DNA of 62,999 nt, the filler included, from Rhabdomonas costata (taxonomy: Eukaryota), in the NCBI GenBank assembly GCA_019059605.1. It is 40 parts of 40 records of this genome, joined end to end, with 100 filler letters (N's around TTAATTAATTAA, not from the genome) between each part and the next. Parts side by side here need not be neighbours in the genome. Positions count along the whole stretch, not along the records: positions 50,486 to 51,960 come from JAHMHO010014924.1; positions 52,061 to 53,537 come from JAHMHO010014925.1; positions 53,638 to 55,114 come from JAHMHO010014926.1; positions 55,215 to 56,691 come from JAHMHO010014927.1; positions 56,792 to 58,268 come from JAHMHO010014928.1; positions 58,369 to 59,845 come from JAHMHO010014929.1; positions 59,946 to 61,422 come from JAHMHO010014930.1; positions 61,523 to 62,999 come from JAHMHO010014931.1; 32 more parts are not named here. One strand, written 5' to 3'. Under the pieces are notes generated by a model. The model was not told where the DNA came from, did no database searches, and saw only the letters and a program-made list of their open reading frames with translations. Made by a program: the position numbers and the translations under genes. This document shows, piece after piece, positions 50,739 to 62,999 of this stretch. Numbering within the stretch: the first letter of the stretch is position 1; each line of letters begins with the position of its first letter.

Positions 50739-53700
50739 GCCCGCCGCTGGGACTGCCTGGAAATGTTGTCAGGAGTTTTGCTGTTTGGCTGTACCTGCCT
50801 GAAAACACGTATTTCAAGGACGCAGAGTTGTGACTATGATGGCAACGTGACGCGTGTCAAAGGATAACTCTTGATAACTTTGGAACAAGGGGATTCAGCT
50901 CCATCACAATGGGGTGGGCATGTTCATTCAGGGTTTCTTTGTCTAAGTTGTCATTAAATTATGCGGTCTTGTTCGCATCAGTGTCATGTCTTCTGTGACT
51001 TCACCCACTGATGAACATTCTTTATACTTTTCGGTCACTTGTCCCTGTCACAGTTGGGATCAAGGCAACCCCCCATGCCTCTACCAGCAACTATACCTGT
51101 CACTTCGTTCGTTCCACCGGCATAAGCACGGTTTCACTCATTCCGACCGGGCGTGGCCGGAGTACCGAATACCAGTGGATGTTTACGCTTGTACAAGAAG
51201 GCATGTCAGAGGCACGAAGGCATGCCGTAGCAAGCGGTATAGAGGAAGGGCAACGCAGATAAGAGGGTCATCTCCTCCTCCTCACCACGAACCCCGAACC
51301 CAATTCCAGAACCCAGAAGTCCGAACCCAGCACAAGCACACACCAAGCACAACAAACCTCACCCCGAATGCCGAAACCGAACCCGACACCGACACCCGAC
51401 ACCCAGAAGGCAGAAACGCGAACCCGGCCCCAGAAACGCAACACGCAAGCACAACCCCACGAGTTCAGCAGTGTAGCCTCCCCCAGCACCCAGAAACCAA
51501 GCCCCGAAGACAGAAACGCAAGAACGAGTTCAGCAGTGTAGCGTCCCACAGCGAACCGAAACCCTCCACCCCAACCCTGACCCAACCTCCAACCGAACCC
51601 CGCGTGTGACTTGTCCCTAGATCGAATGCCTAACCCCTGAAACTGAACCCCCATTAACCCAGGAATCCGACACCATACACCAAAAGAAGGCCGTGACCAC
51701 CGAATGCGCACCACAACAAGAAGGCCGAATACCAGAACCCAAACCCCGAAACCCGAATGCCCAACCCGAAGACCGAACCCCAAAGACGAATGCCGAACAC
51801 AGACCCCGAATACCGAATGCACGAAGACCAATTGGTAAGATGAAGACACGCCGAAGAACCACTACACAGAGACGCGACTCAGAACTCCAACGCAGAACTC
51901 ATCCTTCAACTCCAACTCAGAAAGGCAGAACCCCAACCCCGAAGACAGAACCCAAAAACCNNNNNNNNNNNNNNNNNNNNNNNNNNNNNNNNNNNNNNNN
52001 NNNNTTAATTAATTAANNNNNNNNNNNNNNNNNNNNNNNNNNNNNNNNNNNNNNNNNNNNGTGGGGGGGGAAAGGAAAGGAGGAGTGACCTCCCTTGTTG
52101 CTGTACCCCCATCGCCTCACCGACGTCACTCCTCCTTTCCTTTCCCTCCCCTCCCCTCCCTCCCTTCCCTTTCCTTGTTCCTTTTTCTTTTCCTTGTTTG
52201 TTTCCCCTCCATCCCGCTCCTCTCTCCAGCCACTCCCTCGGTCTCCCTCTTACATGACTTCTTGACTTCTTTGCTTAGATGTGTGCCTATTCTTCGGTTT
52301 CAGTCTTAGTTTCTGCTTTTGCTGCAAAGTGTTGCCTTTTTCTTTCATACGAACTGTGAACATTGCCAACATTTCACGAGTCCATTTTCCACACTCTTTC
52401 GCCCTCTCTCACTCCTCGCTCTGCCGAGTCACACCTATGAGCGAACGAGGGCGACCACAAAGTACAGGAAACGTGTTCAGCAAAGAAAAAACAAAACAAA
52501 AAATAACAAGGGGGGCACGTCTACAGAAAGGTACTCTGTGAAAGCAGAAGCAAAAGCACCGAGAGAGGACGCGGAGCGCTGTGCGACAAACTCTGAGCAG
52601 TCGTGCCCAAAGCCAGCTCCCCAAAGGTTGAAATAACCAGGGGGACAAACTGGAAAACGAGGCTGTTTGTCTGCATAGTGTCCCCAGCCTGGAGGTGGGA
52701 TTGTCACGCAATATGGCCATGGTTGGAGTGGAGTAGGGCTTGCAACAGCGCTGGACCGGTGCAACTTGTGCACCACTCAACTTCCATAATCCGGATGGAC
52801 AAGAAGCCTAACTGTACCTCAGAAATACTTTCGGAACCCAGGTGCATATCAAGAACTTTAGTTCCCGTCGTTCACCACCATATATAGCACGTTACACCGT
52901 AAACTCAGAACACGTGCTTTTTAGCCTCACTATCGTGAAAACGTTTAAAACATATCGTATGCATACACACCAGCCTAGCGGCATTTTATAGCGTTCCCAG
53001 GACTTCAACTGGAAACTCCTAACACACTGAATTCTGAATTTCGGGATGTAACTTACCTCATATAAGTGCTAATTCCTGACCTACCCCAGGGGAAAAAACT
53101 GTAAATTGTAAACTGCAGTAACAACATCAGCCAAATGCTGCCCCCACCCCCCGTGCACTTATCTTTTGGGGAAAAGATGCAAACCTCAGAACATAATGAA
53201 GCCCTGCGACCACAATTCCAGCCCAAAGTCCTTTTCGCTGCTGCATATTCACACACCCTGGGTGCAGAGCCACGAATGAAGCGAAGCTGTGGTCACTCAG
53301 CAAACGGTGCAACGAAGAGTCACAAGCAACCACGCACAGCGCCCCGAACAGTGCACATGAAGAAGAGGAAGAACAGGGCCAGAAGAGCAGAGGCAGCACG
53401 GAGAGACCCACGAACGCCCCAGCAGGCGTCCAACGACACAAGAGGGGAGGTAAGTCTCAGGTTTTGTTCAGCGCCCCACGCCCCTCCGCAGGCCCCCAAC
53501 TCACTGCTGCTTGCACTCCGGGGGCTCACCAACCCACNNNNNNNNNNNNNNNNNNNNNNNNNNNNNNNNNNNNNNNNNNNNTTAATTAATTAANNNNNNN
53601 NNNNNNNNNNNNNNNNNNNNNNNNNNNNNNNNNNNNNTGTGGGGGTTTGTGGTGGTGGACTTCGTGCAGCTGGGGGTGTGGTGGCACCAGTGCATTTCCA

Positions 53701-54860
53701 CCGCACAGCAGCAGCAGCAGCAGCAGCAGCAGGAACAGCGAGCCTCCGGATCTGCAGCAGTCGTCCCCGTGCGCGGTGTGCAATGCTGTATATAGTGCTG
53801 TATACAGTGCTGTATACAATGCTGTATATTGTGCGTGTATGTTTTCTTGCAAACTGGTGGCACTCACCCCTGGATGGGGTTCCCTCCCCTTTTCCTCCTT
53901 TGCCTTTATTGCGTTTGTGTACGTTTGTGCGATTAAAAGGAGAGGGTGGATGGGAAGAAAAGAAGCCCCTTATATAAAACGCGCGCAGCCTCTGAGTGCT
54001 CACAGGGAGGATCCTATACCACTATACCACTATTGTCCTATACCACTTTGGCAGACGTGGGGTGCCATCTCACCAGACAACTGGCCAGGACCCTCCCCCA
54101 CGTGTCCCCGTCTCATATGCTTAAAATGCGCGAAAGTCAGTGTCCCCCCCAACCTTCTGGGCGCACAACGTTGGGACGGCAATTTTTTGTAGGGATGATA
54201 ATCATGCATTCGGCACGGGAGCAGGAATAGAGCTGCCCGGGTAACCGTTGGAAAAAACTAGCTGCACGACAAAGCTCGGGACCCGTGGGGCAGAAGGGAG
54301 GTTACCATTATACGGCGGTGAGCCGGCACCCCACGGCACCGTTCGCTCGAACGTTTACTCTTCGGACCACCCGTGACGTGACCAACAACACGTGCGCCCG
54401 TCAGTCCACAGCGGTCACTAGCATTCAATCCGGCAACAGCCAGCGCGCTATGCACACACGCATACTCCTTCTTCACGCAGCTGTTTTTCGTCATCACTTG
54501 CCCACTACACCAGACACTACAAAGAACCTGCCTTGTCGGGACGTCCTTGGCTGTTTCTGATGTTTTGGTTTTTTTTCCGAACCGACCTGCCACACACCCC
54601 TCCGTGAGCCTTCGGTGGCTTTGGACCCCTCTTGCTCTCTTGTAACTTAGTTTCTCTCTTGCTTGTGTCTTTCTCGCTTGCATCGACTCTTTTACCGCAT
54701 CTCCCCTTTCTGCAAATTATTGTTGCTCTTTGGTTTCTTTTTTTTCTTTGTCTTGGGGTGCCTCCTTGCACCCTGCTGAACAATGGTGATGTACTATAAT
54801 CTGTTTGCTTCGTCCCTCGGAGTGAACTTTGTTTTTTTTCGCTTTTTATCGGTGGCTTTC

Positions 54861-55106
54861 TTCTGTGGCTGGTTACCCCGTTACCCTCCTCCTGCTTTCC
54901 CCCAATTACGATGATTTCCTTTCTGCTCCTCATCCCGCGTACAGCGGTGTGCAAGTCTTTCCTTGTTCCAGGCACTTCTCACCATAAAAGAAAACTTGCC
55001 ACCGTGCTCTCTTATTTTCATTGAAGGACTTCAAGCTGAGGCTGAAAGGAAATCACCGTAATTGGGGGAAAGCAGGAGGAGGGTAGCGGGGTAACCAGCC
55101 ACAGAA
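54861..55106. repeat. 63-bp inverted repeat at the contig end
   Basis: 54861-54923 versus 55044-55106; two mismatches. Confidence 0.9.
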
Positions 55107-56180
55107 CAAAACCCNNNNNNNNNNNNNNNNNNNNNNNNNNNNNNNNNNNNNNNNNNNNTTAATTAATTAANNNNNNNNNNNNNNNNNNNNNNNNNNNNNN
55201 NNNNNNNNNNNNNNGGGTGGGGGTTGATCAGGGCTGGGAAAAAGTGCGTCCTGCAAAATTTTTGCATTTTTAGAATTTTCGACTCCTCGGTAGATTTTGG
55301 CTTGCATTGCAATTTCCCTGCCCCGAAGGTTACAATCGCATTCCTGCTCTTCTTTAAATCAGAAGACCTTAGCAATGCCGTCGCCTTCGATCATGCTCAC
55401 CAGCTGGAGTTTTGACCTTTTTCTCAAATGAGGGTATAGCCGTGCATGACAAATTATTTGAACTGGGCAACAAAACGGCAGAATTGTGTCGGCCTGCCTT
55501 TCCGTGTGTAAATGTGCTCTGGTGGTCTCTCGCCCAAGATCAGCGACAATAAAAAATACCGTATGATGGGTGCGGGGAGGAGGGCCTTTGCGTGGAGGCG
55601 ATTGTCAAGTATTCCCCTGTTGTTCACGGAGGCTCACGACGGGGCTCACAGTAACTTGTGCTGCTCCCGGGTTTTCAAGCAATGCTGCCGCTCTGTCCGA
55701 GTGCCTTTGTGTCAGAATAACCCCTACACACATGATTGCTGTGATACGTGTAATTACATCTATGATTGATGCGTCTCAGACCCGGACACCAAAAGTCACG
55801 GCACTGCATAACAGCAGCTCGAGTAACACAGACAAAAGAGGAACGGAACCGCGTAACAGAGCCGAGCAACGGCAGGGACCATAGGGTGAGGCAGGGCGCA
55901 TAATTTACCGAGACAAATAAAGAAGATAAAGAAAATTTTACAAAGGACAAGTGGCGGTGTGGGGGGAAGAAAAAGGAAGCAGAGGACAACGGTAAAAAGA
56001 GACACCAATTTGTGGGAGGGGTCACTGATCGGGTAGGCTGTAGAAACGCAAGCCAAGCCGAATACTTCAAATACACTGACACCCCGCCTATACGGGAAAC
56101 GGTCATCCCCCGCAGGACCGAGCCGGGAGTTCCGGTGCTTCAGCTGCTCACACCACAACGGGGCCCAGCACACCTCCGCA

Positions 56181-56423
56181 GTGAAGTACGTCAGCGTGCC
56201 GCCCACAGAGCCTGCCTCTGTGGCTCACCATGCCCGCTCCCGTTCGGCCCATTCCTTCCCACATTCCCACGCCAACGCCACCTCCTACTCGCCGCACAAG
56301 CACCACCCCCATGGCAACCTGCACAAGAAGCGGCACATCAAGAGAGCCGTCGTGAACGGCCTGGTCACCGCGGCAACTACTGCCCTCACGGTAGGCGGGC
56401 TTGTGGCCTTGGCTCTGCTGTAG
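56181..56423 (+). CDS. Hypothetical His-rich protein with hydrophobic C-terminal tail, terminal exon
   Basis: CGCAG acceptor and GC-ending codons, ending AVVNGLVTAATTALTVGGLVALALL-stop. Confidence 0.4.
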   Translation: MKYVSVPPTEPASVAHHARSRSAHSFPHSHANATSYSPHKHHPHGNLHKKRHIKRAVVNGLVTAATTALTVGGLVALALL

Positions 56424-56801
56424 ATATCGGATCTGCAAACCCCCCTTCTGCCCCGCCGGTAACTGGGAGGGATTTTACCCCCTTTTTCGCGACTTTCTGG
56501 GGGGCGGCTGTTGCTTTTGTTGCTGTTGTATTGTCGAGCAAGGGTAGTTTTTCTTCGCGGGGCATCTCCGGTTGCCTTCTATGCTCCCCGGACCCCCCAC
56601 CCCTCCGGCTTTCTTGTGTACTACCAAGGACAAAATAAGGCTCACGGAAGCCGCTTTGACCAAACCAGACGTTCAACATGCGAAAAGCCAGNNNNNNNNN
56701 NNNNNNNNNNNNNNNNNNNNNNNNNNNNNNNNNNNTTAATTAATTAANNNNNNNNNNNNNNNNNNNNNNNNNNNNNNNNNNNNNNNNNNNNAATTGGAGG
56801 C

Positions 56802-57290
56802 GTGTTGCGGAAGCTTCAAGAAAATGACCCGGAGTTCCCGAAATACGACGGGAACGCAGCCAATTTCTTGCCTTGGTTGATTAGCGTCGAAGAGCTAAAA
56901 GATGTCCCGAGGTTGCCGGATCAAGTTGCTATAGTTTACGCCACGGGAGCACCGGGCTCCTTCGCAAGAGGTATAGTGGCGCCAAGTCAGACCTTTGTGG
57001 ACTGGAAAGATTTTTGTGGAAACATTAAAGAAAAGGCTGTGTCCTCAGACTTGGGATTACAATGTCGTGTGGGGAAGGGAACAGCTAAAGATGACGGACG
57101 GGAACTTCCAGTTCTACCACCAGCAATTGGTGACGGGAATCAACCTGCTAAAGGGCACAATGTTTGACAACGAGCCGTTGCAGCAGTATTTGTTTGTTCG
57201 AGGCTTGGAAGGAGATATACAAGCTAAAGTGATGTCGAAGCACCCGCGGACGCTGCACGAGGCCATGGAATGAGCGAGGGGGCGGGGGTA
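56802..57290 (+). mobile_element. Degenerate Ty3/gypsy-like gag (capsid) fragment
   Basis: PKYDGNAANFLPW..WKDF [frameshift ~57013] VETLKKRL..LFVRGLEGDIQAKVMSKHPRTLHEAME*A, which is the retrotransposon capsid pattern. Confidence 0.78.
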
Positions 57291-58368
57291 GACCCTTGCC
57301 ATTGGTAGGTGGAGAAGCGCACCGCCGCTCGTTCCTGGCAGGCCAGGATGGCGGCCATCGGGCGGGTCGCCCAGGAGCGGATAAGCTGCAGGGAGACCAG
57401 GGAATCGATCAGGACCCGCGCCGGCGGAGGGGAGAAGCGGGAGACCAAGGCCAGTGCCACCGGTTCGCACCGGGTGGAGCTGCGGGGGTCCTGGATACGG
57501 GCTGAGTGACAAAGGCCCGATCCAGGCTGCAGAGCTGCCCCGGGCGCAGATGGAGCTGTCGGTCCAGACGGAGCGCGGGGGCGGGGCATCGTCTAATGGG
57601 CCATGGAGACTTCGCCCGGGTAGCCGGGTAGTAGCCGTGGCAACAGGCTGCCGCGGGGGGACGGAGGGACTTTTCCAAGATCGAATTTGAACAGCGAAAT
57701 CGTTTGGTTCGGGGGTCCGGCCAGATGATGGCCCGATTTTCGGTATGTTTCGTTGCTGTGCGGGTGGTGCGGGGTTAGGGCCACATTTTCGCTCTCGCTT
57801 GTCTCCTTTCATTTTTTTGGGGGCGGTTTTTGTGTCTTTCGTGCTCTCTTCGTCTGGGAGCAAAAACACAACGAAAAGCAACACACACAATCAAGGAATG
57901 CTCTAAAAAAGAAAATGCTCTGGTCGGGCGGTCTTCGCAAGACTCATGGGCAGTCTTTTGCAAGATTTATTCTCCTGCATGTTGTTGCGTGCCCTGTATT
58001 GCGCACAAAACCGGATGGATGCGGAATGCAACAAGACATTCAACCCCAATCTTCCGACTCTATGGAATTCCATCGCAATCGACACTGGCGAGGCAAACCA
58101 TCGCCAGTGAGACACGCTAAGTTGAGCACCAAATACTTCAGCCCCCCCGCCCCAGCCGCACCGAAAACAGGTGACAGGCACGAAGGACACGGACAAGGCT
58201 AAGCAATGCACCTTTTTCGAGGAGATCAAGCTAACACCACAACAAACACACGCACGCACACACAACAANNNNNNNNNNNNNNNNNNNNNNNNNNNNNNNN
58301 NNNNNNNNNNNNTTAATTAATTAANNNNNNNNNNNNNNNNNNNNNNNNNNNNNNNNNNNNNNNNNNNN

Positions 58369-58557
58369 GTGGGGGGGTTGGACATCAGCGAGCTTGGACT
58401 TCGCGAGGTTTTGGTGGTAGTCTCGGACGTGCTCCGGGGGTTTGCAAAGAAGAGCCTGATTAATGCTCGTGTGGTGCAAGAGAACTACGGTGCGGCGCTT
58501 GTTGCGCTTGAGGACGCAATATGGCAGGGCTCCCTGGCGTTCTCTGTTGTGGACTGA
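58369..58557 (+). CDS. Longin-type small coat-adaptor subunit C-terminus (TSPOON/zeta-COP-like)
   Basis: ELGLREVL..VL..NYGAALVALEDAIWQG resembles the EL.L.EV...YG...L.LDEIVW.G pattern of TSPOON/LOLITA and zeta-COP. Confidence 0.5.
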   Translation: MGGLDISELGLREVLVVVSDVLRGFAKKSLINARVVQENYGAALVALEDAIWQGSLAFSVVD

Positions 58558-59568
58558 GGAGCGGCTTTCGGGACCGCCAACATGCTCTCTTGAGTGCTTG
58601 TGAATAGACCGCTGTGACACACGTGCTTTTCGCCAATGATTTTTTTCTCGCTGAAGGCAAGACATGTGGAGGGGAGGGGGGGGTTCTCTGCAGCAATATT
58701 GTGTCCCACAGAGATTTGGGCGCTCTTTTTATAATTTGGCACAGGATGAGAAGAGGACAATAACTGATGCAAACGTTGCAGATCCAATCTTGCAGCGAAT
58801 GGTGTTGGATGAAGGCGAGCTGCAAATGTGAGTTTTTGGAGGCCTTGATGAACAGAACTTTCTTGGCTTCTCCAAACCACTCCGAAATTCAGCCTCCGTT
58901 GTCATCGGCGTGAAGGAAAAACCTTCACTGTTTGTGTCCTACTTCGCGCTCTTTTACAGTTGTCACGGCTCTTATTGGTGAGTTTTCTTGTGCTGCAGAA
59001 AGAATGGCTTTTTGAGCCTTGAATTCAGGTATTTTTATGCAAAGCAAGCCGTCAACGCCGTGTTCCCAACTTTTTGAAGAAACAAACACTGCGGAAATTA
59101 TGGGTTGACCATTGAATTTTGAGCGTTCCCCGCGACATTTTCGCGGGACTTGTAGCCTGTTGTCCATCACAGTGAAGGTGTTTACCCACAGCGAAAAAGA
59201 ACACCAAAGAATATAAAAAATTAATACTCACAGAAATGGCTTTGGCGGTGCAGCGTAAAAGGTGACCAAATCAACTACACTCGCCGTCCGCAATGCGTCG
59301 GGGGTCATGACCTGTCTCGGGAGACGTGCATTTTTGGTGCAGATCCTTGTGTCATTGTCCTGCGAAATTTTGGGGGTTTAAGATCAAACTGTTTACACTG
59401 GTGCACTTCGCAAGTAAAGTACATCAGCGGTGTGGCGACTTGCAACCCCAGAAGAACGACTCGAGCGCCATAATCATTTCTTTGTTGCTTCCCTTCCCGT
59501 GCGTTTTTGTGCGGGACGCTGGGTGCTTGTGATTGGTCGCTACAGTGCCCACCTCACCTTATTTTCAG

Positions 59569-59752
59569 TCGACGGTGAGATGCCGGTCTTTCGGAGAGGC
59601 AACTACACGTCCTTCGAGACTCGCGGCCGCAGTGCGCTGCCCCGCGCCACCCGATCTCTGAACTTGAGCCAATTCGAGGAGAGCGTGGTGCGGCCACAGA
59701 ATTCCCCAGCACCATGGTCATACCACCCCCAGGATCCCACAAAAGTCTCAAA
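59569..59752 (+). CDS. Probable exon of a SHIPPO/PG-repeat-like axonemal protein
   Basis: TTTTCAG acceptor, GTACG donor and one SPAPWSYHP motif resembling PGPGxYxP. Confidence 0.3.
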
Positions 59753-62700
59753 GTACGTTAGTGTTTTGCGTTCATCCCCGCAATGGCAATTAAGTTCGTG
59801 CACGCCTTGAAAGTGCCAAGTGGTGCAGCTAGTCCCCCCACAAACNNNNNNNNNNNNNNNNNNNNNNNNNNNNNNNNNNNNNNNNNNNNTTAATTAATTA
59901 ANNNNNNNNNNNNNNNNNNNNNNNNNNNNNNNNNNNNNNNNNNNNTGTGGTTGGTTTCTGTGATCAGTGCTGCTTGCATCACAAGCTCGGGCTATTAGAG
60001 ACTAACGAAAGAAAAACAGAAACGAAAAGAAAACCCATAACCCAGGTTAGGACCTTCACAACGCGAAAAAAAGAAACGGCCAACCAATCCGTCCCCTTTC
60101 ACAAAGAAACACCCCGGCTCCCGCAGATCCAGAGACGAGGGGCTGACGATCTAACTTTCGCAGTTCCACAGAGGCACACTTCCAGTCGATGTGCAAAGGC
60201 CGGCAGCCAGCACTTTCAACCACAAAAAGTAGTTCACGCACAAACTTCTGCCTGCCAAAAAAGAAAATAATCAAACACTTCATAGCAATATTACCCTGCC
60301 CTACCCCTAACCCCTCCTCCATAACCACAACCATTGCCGGAAAAGGTGTTTTCTCGCAACTTTTGCCGTTTTAATCAGCGTTCGCCAGGTTCACAAACCG
60401 GCAGTAGTCTTTCCGAATGTCCACTTGCATACACCAATTTTAAACAAACCAAGCCACACTAGCGGCTGTGTAAGAAACAACGAAGTTTTAAAGATTCGAT
60501 AATCGATTGTATGATACGCTTCGGCTCAGCCCTCTACAATGCCATCACTTCCATAAAATACATAAATAAATACACCTGAAAAAACATTCGAAACGAAGCT
60601 GAAGAACAAGGCCAAAGATACCACAAAACTGAGCACTCAGTAAGTGCCTTCAGGGTCTTGGAAACAGAACTCACGGAAATAAGCGGAGCAAGCTCTAAGT
60701 AGTCTGAAATGAGTGAAAACAAAATCATGAAAACGTCGCCAATGTAAGCGAGCTACTGTGATTGCTGTCCCCGGAGGTCTGCCGAGCCCAAGCTGGGATT
60801 TGAGGTGAAAGTGACGAACGTGAGAAAGACAGTATTATTGCACATCAGAAGCAGCCACAAAAAGTGTTCAGCGTCCAATAGTCCACGAGACAGAACAGAG
60901 AGCCAGAAGCAGGGAGATGGTCTGTGGTCTATCCGGCAGAGCCGAACTAGTATTTACAAGCGGAGGAACCCACCACACCAAGACCCACCCGTTGTACCGC
61001 TGCCATAGGCCGCGGCGGGCAGTCCGCGGCGCGGCCGAAGCGAGGAGGGGAGGGGGCAACATGCTGATAGGGGAGGAGCTCGATGTTAGGAGTTGGGGTC
61101 CCCTTGCTTGCTGATGTTCTCTTAGTTTAGGTGATCTTTGCCACCCCCACACTTGACTAGTTTTTGCTGATCCAGGATGGTGCCAAGCCAGGATGGTGTC
61201 ATGGCCAAGGCAATTTTCTCAAGGATGGTTGTTCTTTAATAGGAAAGCTCGCTGGCTCTCCTTCATATCGCAGTGCTTCCATTCGGTATGGTTCTTTCGA
61301 CTTTCCAACTCCAAATCCAGATAACTCTAAGGGATATAACCCTTTTAGTGACCCAATCTCCTGCCCTACATAGGGCAACAGAGATCGCCCGAAAACGCAG
61401 TGCACGAGCCATCACTCTGAGANNNNNNNNNNNNNNNNNNNNNNNNNNNNNNNNNNNNNNNNNNNNTTAATTAATTAANNNNNNNNNNNNNNNNNNNNNN
61501 NNNNNNNNNNNNNNNNNNNNNNTGCACAAACGGACACCGTTGGAACTTGCATGATATCCCGTGCCAGCATCGCACTGCTGGGGCACACGTGCTCGTCTTC
61601 CACCTGCTTTCGGATGCGGCTTTCATGTGGTCGGCCTCTCCTGCTCTGTGTCTCTGTTCTCCCTAGATGCTAGAGAGAGAGAGTGTGTGTGTGTGTGTGT
61701 GAGGTGAAAGTGATGAACTGTGAGTTGAGCAGCTGAATGATCTGATGTCTTCCTGGAGTGACTCTTTCAACCCTGGCGGAGTGGTTGGGTCATAATCAGC
61801 ATGGCACCATCCGCCTGCCTTGGACACTCTTCGTCGGGTTATTTGCGACTGTAGAGGGAACTAAATGCAGTTTCGGTTCGTGTGGATGTGATGAACTGTC
61901 CCAGCACTTAGAGCGCTTGCTCGGATGTGAGTGGCGGGCGGGATTGTTCTGTGTAAGCTCTTCTGTGGAGTTTGACATAGGTGGTGTCAAGGTGGTCCTA
62001 TTGCTGGGCCTTGGCACTGTGAACTTAGCCGTGGACCCTCTGTTCGTGCTCCTCGGCCGGCGCGACTTCCGCCCGCTGCGCAACCCCTGGTGCAGGCTTG
62101 AGTGCAGATGAACGCTGGTGCCTTTCCGGAAGAGCAGGATGCGGCGCTGCTGCTGCGGTGTGTCCAGCTGTTGGAGGACAACAGGCGGTGCTGCAGATGG
62201 GGGTATGAGCTGTGGCATTGCCCTCCTGCAATACTGGCTTTGCTGAACCTGAGGCTGGGTTGCCACGCGCGGTAGTGAGCTTGCTCCGCCGCGTCGGACC
62301 TCAGCTTTTTCGTCTCGCGCTGGGCTGGGGTGACCTCCGCTGGGGAAGAGGTATGGTGCAGAATGTGCACCACTGACACGTCGACATGCCGGGGAGCATT
62401 GCCTCAAGACGTCCTTATGAAACTCATAGCATCCACAAACCAGACGGGGATGGAAATGAAAGGCACAAGTGGAACCAGGAACCAGCGCAACGCTTGGAAC
62501 TCACCACCGTGAACACACTGCCACCGCTGTGTCCGCTGTGTCCGGTGTGAAGACTTCAGGACGAACACTTCGGGACACCGCTGTATGCACCGCAGCCCAG
62601 ACCGCGCAGTCGTTCCATCGTGTCCGACACTCCATCCGGTCGAAAACGCGGGCTTAAAGCTGCCTTCGGCGAAGGAGACTCCGTGTGAAAATCGTGCAAC

Positions 62701-62999
62701 AGGACAATGTACGAAATTGACGGAGTGGGGAAGTTTGGGGAGCTTTTTTGGGGAGCTTTTACTTTTGCGGGGATTATGACCGAACAGTCGCCCCCTCCCC
62801 TTTTTTTGGGGCCAGGATCACGGATGTCACAGACGCCAACAGATGCCGCAAATTGCCCTCAACACTCGCACTTTTCAGCATCTGTTCATTATAACCAGAA
62901 GTTGCATTTTTCCTGGTGATAGCTCCCCTTTTCTCACCGCGACTGATAAAGGACCTTCTGACGAATGTTACAAGGTTTTGCGACTTTGCCAAACAAAAC

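Noticed and set aside
1479-61522. Regularly spaced TTAATTAATTAA as a biological repeat or array
   Set aside because: Always embedded in N runs at fixed spacing; it is a concatenation linker.
61710-61745. C/D snoRNA (GTGATGA..CTGA)
   Set aside because: Too short, with no terminal stem and no recognisable guide.
1-62999. G/T-only contig starts and A/C-only contig ends as telomere-like caps
   Set aside because: Present on most contigs with no fixed repeat unit, sometimes in mid-exon; best explained by low-quality read tails.

Overview
This window is not a continuous locus. It is 40 unrelated contigs of about 1.48 kb, each joined by a 100-bp artificial spacer (N44-TTAATTAATTAA-N44), so neighbouring genes on different contigs are not linked. 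Most contigs come from a GC-balanced, intron-rich, flagellated eukaryote. Its GT-AG introns have a GTNYG-type donor bias, which fits a euglenid-like protist, although that assignment is inference. Recognisable gene fragments are two parts of DNA-PKcs, BBS7, FolD, a class III adenylyl cyclase, a PstS-like domain, an SDR, a CRAL-TRIO protein, a two-RRM RS31-like protein, a protein kinase, a zeta-COP/TSPOON-like longin and a PAM2 + adenylate-kinase-like protein. Three decayed retroelements are present: a Penelope-like RT, a CRE-clade non-LTR element and a Ty3/gypsy-like gag. The clear outlier is contig 39447-40924. It is AT-rich and intronless, carries two tightly packed ORFs, and has a non-coding module of diverged inverted arms with ~35-bp tandem repeats, an AT palindrome and a 35-bp hairpin. 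It looks like the origin or terminus of an undescribed virus- or plasmid-like element. Many contig ends show fold-back duplications and A/C-biased tails that are probably amplification or sequencing artefacts. All homology calls are from motif recognition by eye; no searches were run.
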